DNA of 64,000 nt from Candidatus Bathyarchaeota archaeon (GTDB lineage Archaea > Thermoproteota > Bathyarchaeia > Bathyarchaeales > Bathycorpusculaceae): assembly GCA_963777155.1 (NCBI GenBank), contig CAVZPM010000036.1, positions 64,001-128,000 of the forward strand, written 5' to 3'. The first letter of the stretch is position 1, and the number at the start of each line of letters is the position of its first letter. A program made the position numbers and the translations under genes. This document shows positions 53,190 through 63,242 of the stretch, one piece after another. The notes below the pieces were generated by a model that saw only the letters and a program-made list of their open reading frames with translations, ran no database searches and was not told where the DNA came from.

Positions 53190-54570
53190 TTAATCTCTCA
53201 AGGTTATAATCACTGATATATCGTTAACATTGGTTCCTGTTGATCCTGTGTAGATGAGGTCGCCAAGTTTCGAGAAAAAATTGTAGGAATCATTATTCGC
53301 AATATACTTTTCAGGATCCAACCCTAATTGCCTTGCTCGTTTCAGCGTGGATCCGTCAATGATTGCTCCTGCAGCATCTGTTGCCCCATCAATTCCGTCT
53401 GTGTTAAAAGAAGCAATTACGCATTCCTCAGATTCTTTAAGGTTCAAAGCTGCGGACAATGCCAGCTCTTGATTTCTACCACCCATCCCTTTTCCCCTAA
53501 CGGTTACAGTTGTCTCTCCACCAGCGACAATCCCCAGAGATCTAGAAGTATCGTTGCAGACAAAACCTTCATTGGCAAGTTTTGCTAATGTTTTCCCAAC
53601 TTCCTTAGCCTCACCCGCCAACATATCAGCTAATAATAATGTGTTAAGTCCTTTAGAACCTAAGAAGTCAATGGCGCCTAGGCAAGCTGTTCGGTTGTTA
53701 CCAATCACCAAATTGTGAACTTTTTCAAAAACAGGATCATTTGGTTTAGGTGTTTCCTGAAGCAGACCACTTGCGCCTTCTGAAAGGATCTTGCGAATAG
53801 AAACTGGTATCTTCAACCATAAATCATATTTTTCAAGGATTTTTCTGGCATCACTAAATGTTGACGTGTCAGGAACTGTTGGACCAGAGGCGATTGAATC
53901 AAGTGGGTCTCCCATGACATCTGAAAGTACAAAGTTTAGGAGCGTAGCTGGATAAGCTTTTTTTGGCAAGCCATCCGCCTTTGAAAGCTGAAAGATGTTT
54001 TCGAACAGCGTTGATTTCGGTTATTTCGGCACCGCTTTTGAGAAGGGCATTCGTAAGTTCTTGTTTATCCTCGAGTGATATGCCTTTGCGAGGAAGCGGC
54101 ATAAGACTTGACCCGCCGCCTGAAATCAGGCAAATAACTAAGTCATCTTCTTTGGCTTGTTCGGCTAAGGCCATAATTCGTAAAGTGCCCGCTACTCCTG
54201 CTTCGTCAGGAACTGGGTGGCGGGCTTCGTTTAGTTTTATAACTTTAGTTTTTTGGCTTGCACCATAAGGAATGTTTACAACTCCAGCGGTTATATGGTT
54301 GCCCAGTATCTCTTCTATGGCTTGCGCCATTTTACCGCCTGCTTTTCCTCCCCCTACAACGTAAACGTGTTTGAACTTCCTCAAGTCAAACGTGCAGTCT
54401 TCAACCACGAACTGATCGTTTTTAACTTTCATTTTTGCCTTAATCAGCCGCTTAGGGTCTGCAGCGTTAACAGCTTGCTCAAGGCACTGAAGAGCTAGGT
54501 CACGGCATCTGCGAATATTTGATGTTTCTCCGTTTTCGATTAACTTATCTCGATTTATAATTTTTACCAT
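53190..54570 (-). pseudogene. Glycerate 2-kinase (MOFRL family) split by a frameshift in an A7 run
   Basis: GGGKA, HPVP, LISGGGS and KGG in one frame; SDVMGD, IASGPT, GGETTV, GGRNQE, TDGIDG and TGTNVND in the next. Confidence 0.88.
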
Positions 54571-54786
54571 TCGCTTTACCGTGAAATTTTTTCTACCAGT
54601 CAATATGGATATGCCTAAATAAACAATCTTGTATCGGGCTATTTTAAAAAAAGGATTTGGTTTTGCCCTTTAAATGTTCATACGTCGTGGAGTTTCGTTT
54701 TTGGATTCATTTGACCGACCATTTAGGTATCTATGGAATTTCAGCCGAAATCGGTTGGATTATCCACAGCCGCAGGAGACCCAAAA

Positions 54787-56877
54787 CTAATTTTGAACCG
54801 GGCGAGATTTGAACCGTATTCGATTGTGGGGGGTACTGGTTGCAACAAAGTCTCTAACGAAGCGTCCATCGGTTCCAGGTCCAGAATACTTTGAGGATGG
54901 GTGGAAGAAGGTCACAAATGCGTCGAAGTAGTTCTCTTCAATCTGGGTTTTATATCCTGAGATATACTGCAAGTTTACTGCGGCCGACTTAACGTTGCCG
55001 TATCCTTCAACCATAATGCAAGCCGGCGGAAGTACGTATTGCGGAGGATGGAGCTTTATCGGCACCGTCCACCCCGCGAATAAGGTGTTGGCATGGACTA
55101 GTATTTGGAGTTCGTCTTTTTTGAGCAGTTGAAAATTCTGTCCTGCAGGCGTACCGGCAAACAGCCTTTTCCGAACTGATTGACTTCTCGGATTGTCTCC
55201 CACTTGAGCCACTGGCACGTAGGCAAAGCCGGTTGGTGTCTCAAGCCACAAGAAGAGTATCAAAGCATCTTCTGCCCCGGTAGTCGAATGTTTCTCTATT
55301 TTTTGAACGAAAATCATCATGTCAGGTAATTCAAAGTAGTCTGGAGTATGAATGATGGCTGTTGCAACAGTAGCATACATTCGTGTGACGCCGTTCGCGG
55401 GATTTTCTGCCCGTGTTTTCTGAGCATTCAGGATTTTGTTTAAAATGTCTTTTTCCGCTGCTGTTCCGAGAAGCTTAACGTCAGTGATCATGGTATCGCT
55501 CGTCTTTTCCCGTGTCGGAAGGATATTCTTAGGAAGCGGAGTGAGCGTGGGTCCATAGGGTACAAGTACTGATTCCAGTGTGACAGATGATGGAGGGTGA
55601 GCATTTTTCCAAATGTCGTTTAGAGTTCTTTTTGTTTTTTCCACGTACTCAAGGTCATTGGTGTAGAAGGTGTTATCGAAATGCGGTGTTGACTCAAGGT
55701 TATCTTGGTCTGGAGATCGTGTCTTGAATTGGAAGAGGTGTTTTCCGTCGACGATTGTGGTTCCAAGATAGTTTAAGGGAGCGTGTCTGACCTCACAGAT
55801 TTTTGAAAGCTGTTTTGCTGCCTCAAAGTTCTCGCTTATTATAGGCGCCATGATTTTGATTGAGACCCCGTTTTGGCTCCAAGCTGCGACGAGGACTATT
55901 TGTTTGCAGATTTCAATAATTCCTTTCGAGGAAGTCAACAGTATGATTTCCTCATTTGCCGACCGCAACGTTTCATTGTATTTTTTCTCGGCTGTCTTTC
56001 CATCGACAATAACGTATGTTTTGGCTGGTGGCTTGCCAGTTTCGATTTCGGCTATCTTTTTGCCAATGTCTGTTGAATTGCGCCATAAGTCTTCAAAGAC
56101 AGCAGTAAATGCTTGCACAAGAGTCTTACTGTCTGTCCAGAGGCACACGTCATCTTGTTCTATAGCAGACGTTTCCGTTCGCGGTCTAATGAAGAATAAC
56201 GCTTCTTCCTCATCTCTTAAGACCATTTGAGGAAACATACTCAAGCTAAGGTCTGGGTTTCTTCCCTCTACGTTGAGTTTAGCTTTTGCAGTTTCCTTCA
56301 GAAGAGCTTTCATGGCATTTACGTTCTGCTTTGATAGTTCGACAAGGAATCGGAATTGAATCTGGGATTTCAAAGGATGAGGGAATCCAATGTCGAAAAT
56401 GCCTCGTTGATCAGCTTGGATCAAGCCCGGAACCGTTGTTATGGTTAGAATTTGGTTTTTTGTTTCTTGGATCATTTGCTGGATTCTTGAGTATATATAG
56501 CTCCTACCTTCAACTACTGTAAACTTTGCGGGCATGTCTTTTTCTGCAATTTTGAGGCTCTGCCAATTGGAGAGAATTTCTTTTTTGCTGCTTTGCAGTC
56601 GCCGTGTTTCTTCCAGCTGCGCCTTTATGAATAAGTCCAAAACTTTTTCAAAGGGCAATGCGCTGAACCGAGCGGGATGCTCAATGGTGGAGCTTATTAT
56701 TCCCTTGCTTTTCATGCTCCTAAGACTGGAGTAGAGCTGCTCCTTAGATATTTTTAGTGCTTTGCGTATGTCTAATCCCTTTTGTAGACCCTTCTTGGCG
56801 AGAAAAACGTAGACGGCGGCATCTATGTACGTGAGTCCAAAGTCCATAAGTGTCTTAAGCACTTGTTCTTGACTCAT
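54787..56877 (-). CDS. TrmB-family regulator with two degenerate PLD-like domains and an extra C-terminal domain
   Basis: N-terminal wHTH (LMDFGLT...VYVFL...LYSSL...KGII...PARF), duplicated FEDLW/LNDIW segments; ATG 56877 preferred. Confidence 0.88.
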   Translation of the reverse strand: MSQEQVLKTLMDFGLTYIDAAVYVFLAKKGLQKGLDIRKALKISKEQLYSSLRSMKSKGIISSTIEHPARFSALPFEKVLDLFIKAQLEETRRLQSSKKEILSNWQSLKIAEKDMPAKFTVVEGRSYIYSRIQQMIQETKNQILTITTVPGLIQADQRGIFDIGFPHPLKSQIQFRFLVELSKQNVNAMKALLKETAKAKLNVEGRNPDLSLSMFPQMVLRDEEEALFFIRPRTETSAIEQDDVCLWTDSKTLVQAFTAVFEDLWRNSTDIGKKIAEIETGKPPAKTYVIVDGKTAEKKYNETLRSANEEIILLTSSKGIIEICKQIVLVAAWSQNGVSIKIMAPIISENFEAAKQLSKICEVRHAPLNYLGTTIVDGKHLFQFKTRSPDQDNLESTPHFDNTFYTNDLEYVEKTKRTLNDIWKNAHPPSSVTLESVLVPYGPTLTPLPKNILPTREKTSDTMITDVKLLGTAAEKDILNKILNAQKTRAENPANGVTRMYATVATAIIHTPDYFELPDMMIFVQKIEKHSTTGAEDALILFLWLETPTGFAYVPVAQVGDNPRSQSVRKRLFAGTPAGQNFQLLKKDELQILVHANTLFAGWTVPIKLHPPQYVLPPACIMVEGYGNVKSAAVNLQYISGYKTQIEENYFDAFVTFFHPSSKYSGPGTDGRFVRDFVATSTPHNRIRFKSRPVQN

Positions 56878-57001
56878 TTTTGCTTTCCTGAGCGCCCCCA
56901 CGCACTTGGTAATTAGACTGGTAGTTTTCTTTCCTACTGCCTCTAGTATATACCTTCTAAACTAAATAATATTTTCCGCTCAGAAAAAAAGAGAAGGAAA
57001 A

Positions 57002-57667
57002 ATGATGAAAAAACTGATTAAAGGAACTATTTTGACGTTGTCTCTTGCATTCATTGTTGCATCTGCTTGCTTTGCACCAGCTTTTGCCTCAGTGACATAC
57101 TACCAACATACTAATTTATCCGGAGAAGTGATTATCGACATAGGGGACCACCAACCACCAATTAGGGTATCAGTTGTGCATCTTGACCGAGGCGATCACG
57201 GGGTCGCAGATTTTCTTGAAGTCTCGACATACCAATTTATTCCTCCGCTCGGCAGATCCGTTTGGGCGTCAGTTGCTGTTGTAACCGATTCCCCTTCAAT
57301 GGCCGCTTTTTTCAAGGATTTTATCTTTAAGGGTCTTCCCGGTACACCCGTAACTATTTTGTTGGTCAATCACTGTCAGCTTCAGTTGTCAAGAGTATGC
57401 AAAACTGTCTTTGCCTACTGGACTGAATCGATAGCAACACCCACGGTAACGCTACCTCCAGGATGCTTGATGTTCAGAGGATACGGCTCTGCCCAAACTG
57501 ACCACAAGGTGGAAAACTTGCCAAATGGCGTGACGATAACCTTTGACAGGGTGGGTTACGATGCGCACGCAACCTTTGTTTGTCCAGCGTGGAAGTACTG
57601 TGGACCTGTCGGAGACGAAACCACAACAATGTACGTCGCTGAGGATACGTGGATAAGCCACGCTTAA
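57002..57667 (+). CDS. Secreted protein homologous to the C-terminal domain of the adjacent TrmB regulator
   Basis: Signal peptide (MMKKLIKG...AFA); collinear motifs shared with the regulator C-terminus. Confidence 0.8.
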   Translation: MMKKLIKGTILTLSLAFIVASACFAPAFASVTYYQHTNLSGEVIIDIGDHQPPIRVSVVHLDRGDHGVADFLEVSTYQFIPPLGRSVWASVAVVTDSPSMAAFFKDFIFKGLPGTPVTILLVNHCQLQLSRVCKTVFAYWTESIATPTVTLPPGCLMFRGYGSAQTDHKVENLPNGVTITFDRVGYDAHATFVCPAWKYCGPVGDETTTMYVAEDTWISHA

Positions 57668-57764
57668 TCCCCCCGAAGAAAACGTTCGCCATTAACCTTC
57701 CCTCTTTTTCTTTAGAATAATTAATCCAGTTAATTGGACATGCGGGTGAAGAGATGGTGATTGA

Positions 57765-58115
57765 TTGAGCCTTGAACGCATGCTAGATATACTAGCGAGT
57801 TTAGGGCTCACACAAAGGGATGCCCAAGTCTACATTTACCTCGCCAAAAAAGGTCCTCATGGAGAAATGGACCTTATCAATACCATGAGACTAACTAAGC
57901 AGCAACTTCACATCAGCCTAAGAAATCTGGAAGCCAAAGGAATGGTAATCGCTTCTTTGGAACCTTTAATTCAGTTCTCCGCCATCTCGCTTGAAAAAGT
58001 TATTGACCGATTTATGAAAGCAAGGGAAGAGCAAGCGAAAGCTTTGCAGGCAAGCAGAAAGGAGCTTCTTTCAAGTTGGCGTTCGATGATGAAAAATGAT
58101 ACTGCCACCAGTTGA
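57765..58115 (+). CDS. TrmB-type HTH-only protein
   Basis: Aligns with residues 1-110 of the long regulator, including the KELLSSW/KEILSNW helix. Confidence 0.85.
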   Translation: MSLERMLDILASLGLTQRDAQVYIYLAKKGPHGEMDLINTMRLTKQQLHISLRNLEAKGMVIASLEPLIQFSAISLEKVIDRFMKAREEQAKALQASRKELLSSWRSMMKNDTATS

Positions 58116-58201
58116 AACAAAGCTCCTTAACAAGTTGAAATTCGCAGTTTAAATCATTCGAGTAAGCACTATATACTATCTGATTCAATAGAAGGCAAGA
58201 C

Positions 58202-59419
58202 ATGACAGTAACACCGTCTGTCGGGCAGTCCTCATCGAAAATGATACTTGTCGTGGCACTGCTTGTCGCAGTTTTTGCAGCTGCCGTTGTAGACGTTGTG
58301 ATTCCCATCAACATTGTAGACATAGCAAAAACGTTCAGCATTCTCCCTGGAACAGTATCCCAACTTGATTCCATAATCGCCCTCGCCGCAGTAACCACTG
58401 CGCTGTTGCTGGGTGCTTTCGGCGCAAGATTCAGTTACAAATCCCTTGTAATGATAGGTATATTGTTTATTGCAGCCTATGCTATCGGGTTTTTCTTAGC
58501 TCCAACTTTTCCGATAACTCAACTCATTGTTCCATTAAATGGCATAGGGTCAGTCTTGATAGTTGTGACGGCTCAAACGTTTATAGGAAACTCTTATCCG
58601 TTGGACAAAAAGGCTAAAGCAATCGGTTGGATTTCAGCAGCTGGAACGCTGGCAAATGCAGTTGGAGCTCCAATAATCGGCTTTATGACGGTTATCGGAG
58701 GATGGCGCTCTGCCCTTGTGTGGTTTATGCTGCCTACTGCGGTTGTCAGCCTGATTTTTGTGTTCCTAGTTTTCCGATTTAATCTGCCTGAACCGCAGCC
58801 GAACGCTAAGAAAGCGCCTTTCATGGATGGCTTCAAGCAGATTCTTACCAGCAAATCAGCCATCGCCTGTTTAGTCAGCGCTTTTCTTGTCAATGGTTCT
58901 GTTTTCGGGGGCAATGTCTTCGAGGTAACGTTATACAGACAAATATTCTTGGTGTCGCCCGGTTTTGCAACGTTGATTGGGCCGACAGCAGGCATTGCGC
59001 TTATTGCTGCGGGGGCTGTGATTGGTGGTCACACGGTTAATCGCGTGGGACGGAAACGCTTGACTGTGATCGCTTCTTTCTTGGCAGGAGTGTTCATGTT
59101 GGTTTCTTATTTTGTTCCAGATTTATGGATGCGTGTAGCACTGCGTTGGACTGCCTCGTTTATCGGCGGCGTTTCGTTAGCTGCGTTTGCCAACTTGATG
59201 ATTGAACAAGTTCCGCTTTTTAGGGGGACTGTGATGTCGCTGTCCTCAGCTTTTAGCGGTGTGGGTGCTGCTGTTGGTATCAGCGTCGCAGGAGTAGTGA
59301 TCAACCTCTACCTTAACCCATCGGTAGGTTTCCAAGCGTTAGGGTTAACGATGGGCACCTTCGCTATCGTCTCTGTGCTTTTCATGCTTTTCTTGGCGAA
59401 AGACCCAACCAAAACCTGA
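58202..59419 (+). CDS. MFS transporter
   Basis: About 12 TMs, NRVGRKR motif, RGTVMSL. Confidence 0.9.
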   Translation: MTVTPSVGQSSSKMILVVALLVAVFAAAVVDVVIPINIVDIAKTFSILPGTVSQLDSIIALAAVTTALLLGAFGARFSYKSLVMIGILFIAAYAIGFFLAPTFPITQLIVPLNGIGSVLIVVTAQTFIGNSYPLDKKAKAIGWISAAGTLANAVGAPIIGFMTVIGGWRSALVWFMLPTAVVSLIFVFLVFRFNLPEPQPNAKKAPFMDGFKQILTSKSAIACLVSAFLVNGSVFGGNVFEVTLYRQIFLVSPGFATLIGPTAGIALIAAGAVIGGHTVNRVGRKRLTVIASFLAGVFMLVSYFVPDLWMRVALRWTASFIGGVSLAAFANLMIEQVPLFRGTVMSLSSAFSGVGAAVGISVAGVVINLYLNPSVGFQALGLTMGTFAIVSVLFMLFLAKDPTKT

Positions 59420-59786
59420 ACAGAATATAGCTGGCAGCAAAAATAATCCTAATGGAGAAAACTAATCTGTTTTCAACACACAAAGTGAGGGTTGGGTTGC
59501 ACGTCCCTAAACTTATTTGTGTTCAAAACCTGTCACAAGAAAGAAATTAATCGTGTTTCAAACGAGATTAACAACTGAACAACAAAAAGAAAAACAAAAA
59601 TTAGACGAGAAAACAAGAACATTCACCATCCTGCCAAGCCAATGGGAAATTCACCTAGACCAAGAATGGCGTCAACGATGGATAAAAGATGCAGAGAAAT
59701 GGCAAGATAAAATACCAGAGACAAAAGAATTCCTAAAAAAATTGGCTTGGATACTTTTCCTGATGAATAAGAATTGTTAATATACC

Positions 59787-60320
59787 TTAAAGATTTTTGA
59801 GGTAGTCAATTATTTTTAAGTAATCTTCAGCCGAAACGTACCAGCCGCTGTCGCGCATTTCTTTAACTTTCTCTATTAGCTTTTCCTTGTCGATTTTTCC
59901 AGTTGCATAGATTTTGCCCAAGATGTATCCGGTTCCGTGGAGTTCTATTCCCAGAATCCTTGCAACGGATCTGGCGACTTTATCGTCAGCTACAGCTACA
60001 CCATTTAGCTCCTTTGTTAAGCAGAGAATCTCGGCTTCTGCCTCATGTAATGGTTGCATTTCATTTACTGCAGCCATTTCCTTCACATATTTAAGGTATC
60101 CTTTGTTGCTGATGTTGTGAACCTTGATTATTTCTTTTTCGAATAATGTTTCTAAAAGCGACGATTCCGGAGCTCTTTTCCTTTTGCCTTCGTGGACTAC
60201 TTCTTCAAACACGCTTGCCGTAGTAAATTTTGGTTGGATAATTTCTTTTAGAAACTCTGCTAAAGAAGACCTTGTCAAGTAAATTAGAGGGGTTGAGTCG
60301 AAGACCAGCGGTTTAGGCAT
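59787..60320 (-). CDS. PIN-domain toxin (DUF3368-like)
   Basis: VFDSTPLI, VFEE, LHEAEAE, DDKVAR, HGTG. Confidence 0.85.
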   Translation of the reverse strand: MPKPLVFDSTPLIYLTRSSLAEFLKEIIQPKFTTASVFEEVVHEGKRKRAPESSLLETLFEKEIIKVHNISNKGYLKYVKEMAAVNEMQPLHEAEAEILCLTKELNGVAVADDKVARSVARILGIELHGTGYILGKIYATGKIDKEKLIEKVKEMRDSGWYVSAEDYLKIIDYLKNL

Positions 60321-60637
60321 TATTGTTCCTTCAAAGCTTTTTCGAAGTCTTCGCGGAAGTCCTCATACGACTACTGGAAAGAAATTTTTCTTTGCCTCAC
60401 TATCTCCATCATTTCCCAGAGGGATAAACCTGCGATCTTTGAAGCTTTCCACAGGGTTACTTTTCCGCCACTATAGAGCGCTAATGCCCTTTCGAGTTTC
60501 CTGTCTGCAATTGCCTTTGCTAAGAGTTTTCTGACCACAGTGGCACGGTCTGACTTTTCTTCTTTTTCGATTTCTTCAATGTCTTTAGCCATGTCTTCAG
60601 GAACTCGTGTTGAGACTATTTCGGTCATTGCTTTCAC
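60320..60637 (-). pseudogene. UPF0175-family antitoxin with internal TAG at 60371-60373
   Basis: RHH + HTH; the frame continues after TAG as SYEDFREDFEKALKEQ and ends in a TAATG overlap with the toxin start. Confidence 0.75.
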
Positions 60638-60969
60638 TGTTTACAATAACACGTATACGATACGTATAAATGTTTACGGCAAGGAAACAACCAAATACCA
60701 ACGCTGGATAAGTGATACAGAGAAGCGGCAAGACAAGAGACCAGGAACAAGAGAGTTCCTAAAAAAGCCAATTCCAAAACGAGCCACTTTGAAAAATAAA
60801 TTTTTCAAAATCACTGTGTGATATGATCAACCCAACATTCACAGTTGGTTGTTCCAGATGCGGCTTGAATGTACTTAAGAGATGTTAATCTGGTTCCTGC
60901 ATATGTTGCTGTCAGGACGCAATCACATATGTTTAAGAAAAAGAGGTTGACTAACGTTTTCTGATTAGT

Positions 60970-61200
60970 ATGGCGGAACCAGACTTACCCTACATCAAAC
61001 CGGTACCTGAAATCCCCCCAGAAACCGATGAAGTACTGTCTCCCTCACCAGACGTAAAGAACCCGTTACCTAACCATGAACCAATCGAAAAGATGGAGAC
61101 GGGAGCTCTCGATTGTCCAATCTGTGGAAGATCCTTCAAAACCAAGGTTGATCTTGATTTGCACATAATAATGGAGCACAAGCAAACAAAGAAAGCCTAA
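60970..61200 (+). CDS. Small C2H2 zinc-finger protein
   Basis: CPICGRSFKTKVDLDLHIIMEH. Confidence 0.8.
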   Translation: MAEPDLPYIKPVPEIPPETDEVLSPSPDVKNPLPNHEPIEKMETGALDCPICGRSFKTKVDLDLHIIMEHKQTKKA

Positions 61201-61349
61201 GAAGCGCTCGCTTATGGAGAGTTGGCTCCTGAAAGCATGGCACAGCTGTCCAAAGTTGGCCTTTGCTTCCTCCCGGTGCACCTGTTGTTGGATCCTAGCC
61301 CCAATTTACCAGTAAAAACCTGTCACCTCAAGCAGTAGGATAGCTCAAG

Positions 61350-61793
61350 TTAGAGCTCAACGAAGGGGTTTTGTACCTTAATGAATCCATATTTATTGAA
61401 GTCTCTCACATTTTCAGTATAAATAACGTCTATCTTGTTTACCTTAGCAGAAACAGCCAAGATGCAATCAAAGATACTGGAGCCCGATAAACTCTTGCTC
61501 TTAACGAGGTTGAAGACTTCTCTAGGCACTAACTCGGAAGAAGCGATTTTCTCAATTTCGCCACATTCCCACAGATCCAGGCATAACTCAGCGGCTCTAT
61601 CCGGCGGCAAGGGCAATTCGACCCTCTTAGCGTTGGTAATGACCGCAAAAAACTCGAAAAGCACTTGCTGAGCAATACACGCTTGTATCTCCCCCGCCAT
61701 CGCTCTCTCCATTATATTTCTGGCAACCTTTTGGCGAGGGGACGCCTGGTTGTAAGCATGCACTAGAATGTTCGTATCAAGTAATATCTTCAT
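61350..61793 (-). CDS. vapC: PIN-domain (VapC) toxin
   Basis: LLDTNIL, LFEF, IFDCIL, TENVRDF. Confidence 0.9.
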   Translation of the reverse strand: MKILLDTNILVHAYNQASPRQKVARNIMERAMAGEIQACIAQQVLFEFFAVITNAKRVELPLPPDRAAELCLDLWECGEIEKIASSELVPREVFNLVKSKSLSGSSIFDCILAVSAKVNKIDVIYTENVRDFNKYGFIKVQNPFVEL

Positions 61794-62019
61794 AAATCTC
61801 TTCTCTAGAAAGGCGCCCTTTTATCCGGCCAAGATTAGGCGGGTTTTCGAGCATTTCACGTGCTAACTTTGCCTTATGGCATCCTCGGACTACACTCAGT
61901 TTAGCAACTCCTTTTTCTACAACTTCAATGTGTAGTACATCGCCATCTACTAGACCAAGCTTTTCTCTAACTCCTTTGGGTAAGTAGACTTTGTCCTCGT
62001 AGTAAGTAGTTTCAGCCAT
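61777..62019 (-). CDS. AbrB-family antitoxin
   Basis: KVYLPKGVREKLGLVDGD...LSREEIYE; ATG 62019; overlaps the toxin. Confidence 0.85.
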   Translation of the reverse strand: MAETTYYEDKVYLPKGVREKLGLVDGDVLHIEVVEKGVAKLSVVRGCHKAKLAREMLENPPNLGRIKGRLSREEIYEDIT

Positions 62020-62333
62020 ATCAACACTGGTTACCCAATGAATTGGGCAAAATATAAACTTTGCCAACACTATTCTTTCCATGCCAGTCAGGTTTTTGAG
62101 GCTTTTAAGACGCATGAAAAATGCTTAAACTTAGGACGAAAACGGAACCAAAGGCTTAGCGCCGGGAGGGGATCCAAGCACCAATTTGCCAATACTCTAT
62201 GTTTTGGCGACTGGATGAGATGATTGTAGCTTTCGATCTTTGCGGCATTCAGCTAGCAGACTATCCGTGATTTAAGACAGAATTTGCGGGTAGATTTATT
62301 TGTATGTATGTATACATTATGTATTGGTAATAA

Positions 62334-62561
62334 ATGGCGCGACAGATTTCAGTGTCAAACGAAGTTTATGAGCTTCTCTTGAAACGAAAAGGTAAGAAGA
62401 GTTTTTCACAGGTAATCAAAGAAAATCTCTGCCCAAAGGAAGATAAAGTAGACATCATGAGCTTGGCCGGTATCTTAAGGGATGATAAGCCGGCGCTTGA
62501 GCGATTAAAGGAGCAGATAGCCGCCGAAAGGGAAGCAAATTACGGAAGGATATTTGAGTGA
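62334..62561 (+). CDS. vapB: VapB-family antitoxin
   Basis: RQISVSNEVYELL...KSFSQVI...LAGI; GTGA overlap with the toxin. Confidence 0.85.
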   Translation: MARQISVSNEVYELLLKRKGKKSFSQVIKENLCPKEDKVDIMSLAGILRDDKPALERLKEQIAAEREANYGRIFE

Positions 62562-62933
62562 CATTTCTCGATACGAGTGTCATAATAGATTTTTTAGCTG
62601 GCGACCAGAAGATTATATCGATAGTGAAAGAAATCTTGAATAAAGAAGAGGTCAAAACCACAACCATAACTGAGTATGAGTTGCTAAGATACAAGAACAA
62701 AATAGGGAAACAAGCTGCTGAAAGATTTCTATCCGGCGTCGATCGTTTGCTCTTTCGACAGAGATGCCGCCAAACAAGCCGCCAGACTTTTTAAAGAGCT
62801 ACAAGATGCCGGAAAAATGATTAACGAGAATGATTTGCTTATTGCGGGCATTTCACTGTCACATGATGAGGTCTTACTGACAAGAGACCAAAAGCTTGCT
62901 AGTATTGGCAAAGACAAAATTAGAACTGTCTGA
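62558..62933 (+). pseudogene. vapC: VapC toxin with +1 frameshift near 62740
   Basis: FLDTSVIID...ITEYEL in the first frame; FDRDAAK...NENDLLIAG...LTRD in the shifted frame to TGA 62933. Confidence 0.85.
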
Positions 62934-63242
62934 GGACGCCTATTTCAGGTCTGTGAAATGAGTATGCTGGTTGCAATCGTGATCGCCCTAGGCGCATGTG
63001 ATTTTGAGAACATAATCAGCATACAAAACTCAAATCATTGTAGCCTTTGTGATGGCAAAGGGATTTAGATACTGTTAAGTTAATGACCAAAGATGCTTTG
63101 CCCGTAAATTGGGGCCGGGAGGGGAATAATAGCACCAATTTATCAGAAAAAAGCCCTTTCATTTTTTAATTGAACTTGTCAGTGTTTCGTTGGGTGTTAG
63201 AACGTGAAAACTTTAAGTCTTACATTGTGTCTTACGTAATGT

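Noticed and set aside
60371-60373. Genome-wide TAG recoding (pyrrolysine)
   Set aside because: TAG ends several complete genes here (flippase, GT2, tal, prs), and this one internal TAG is a single change from a Tyr codon.
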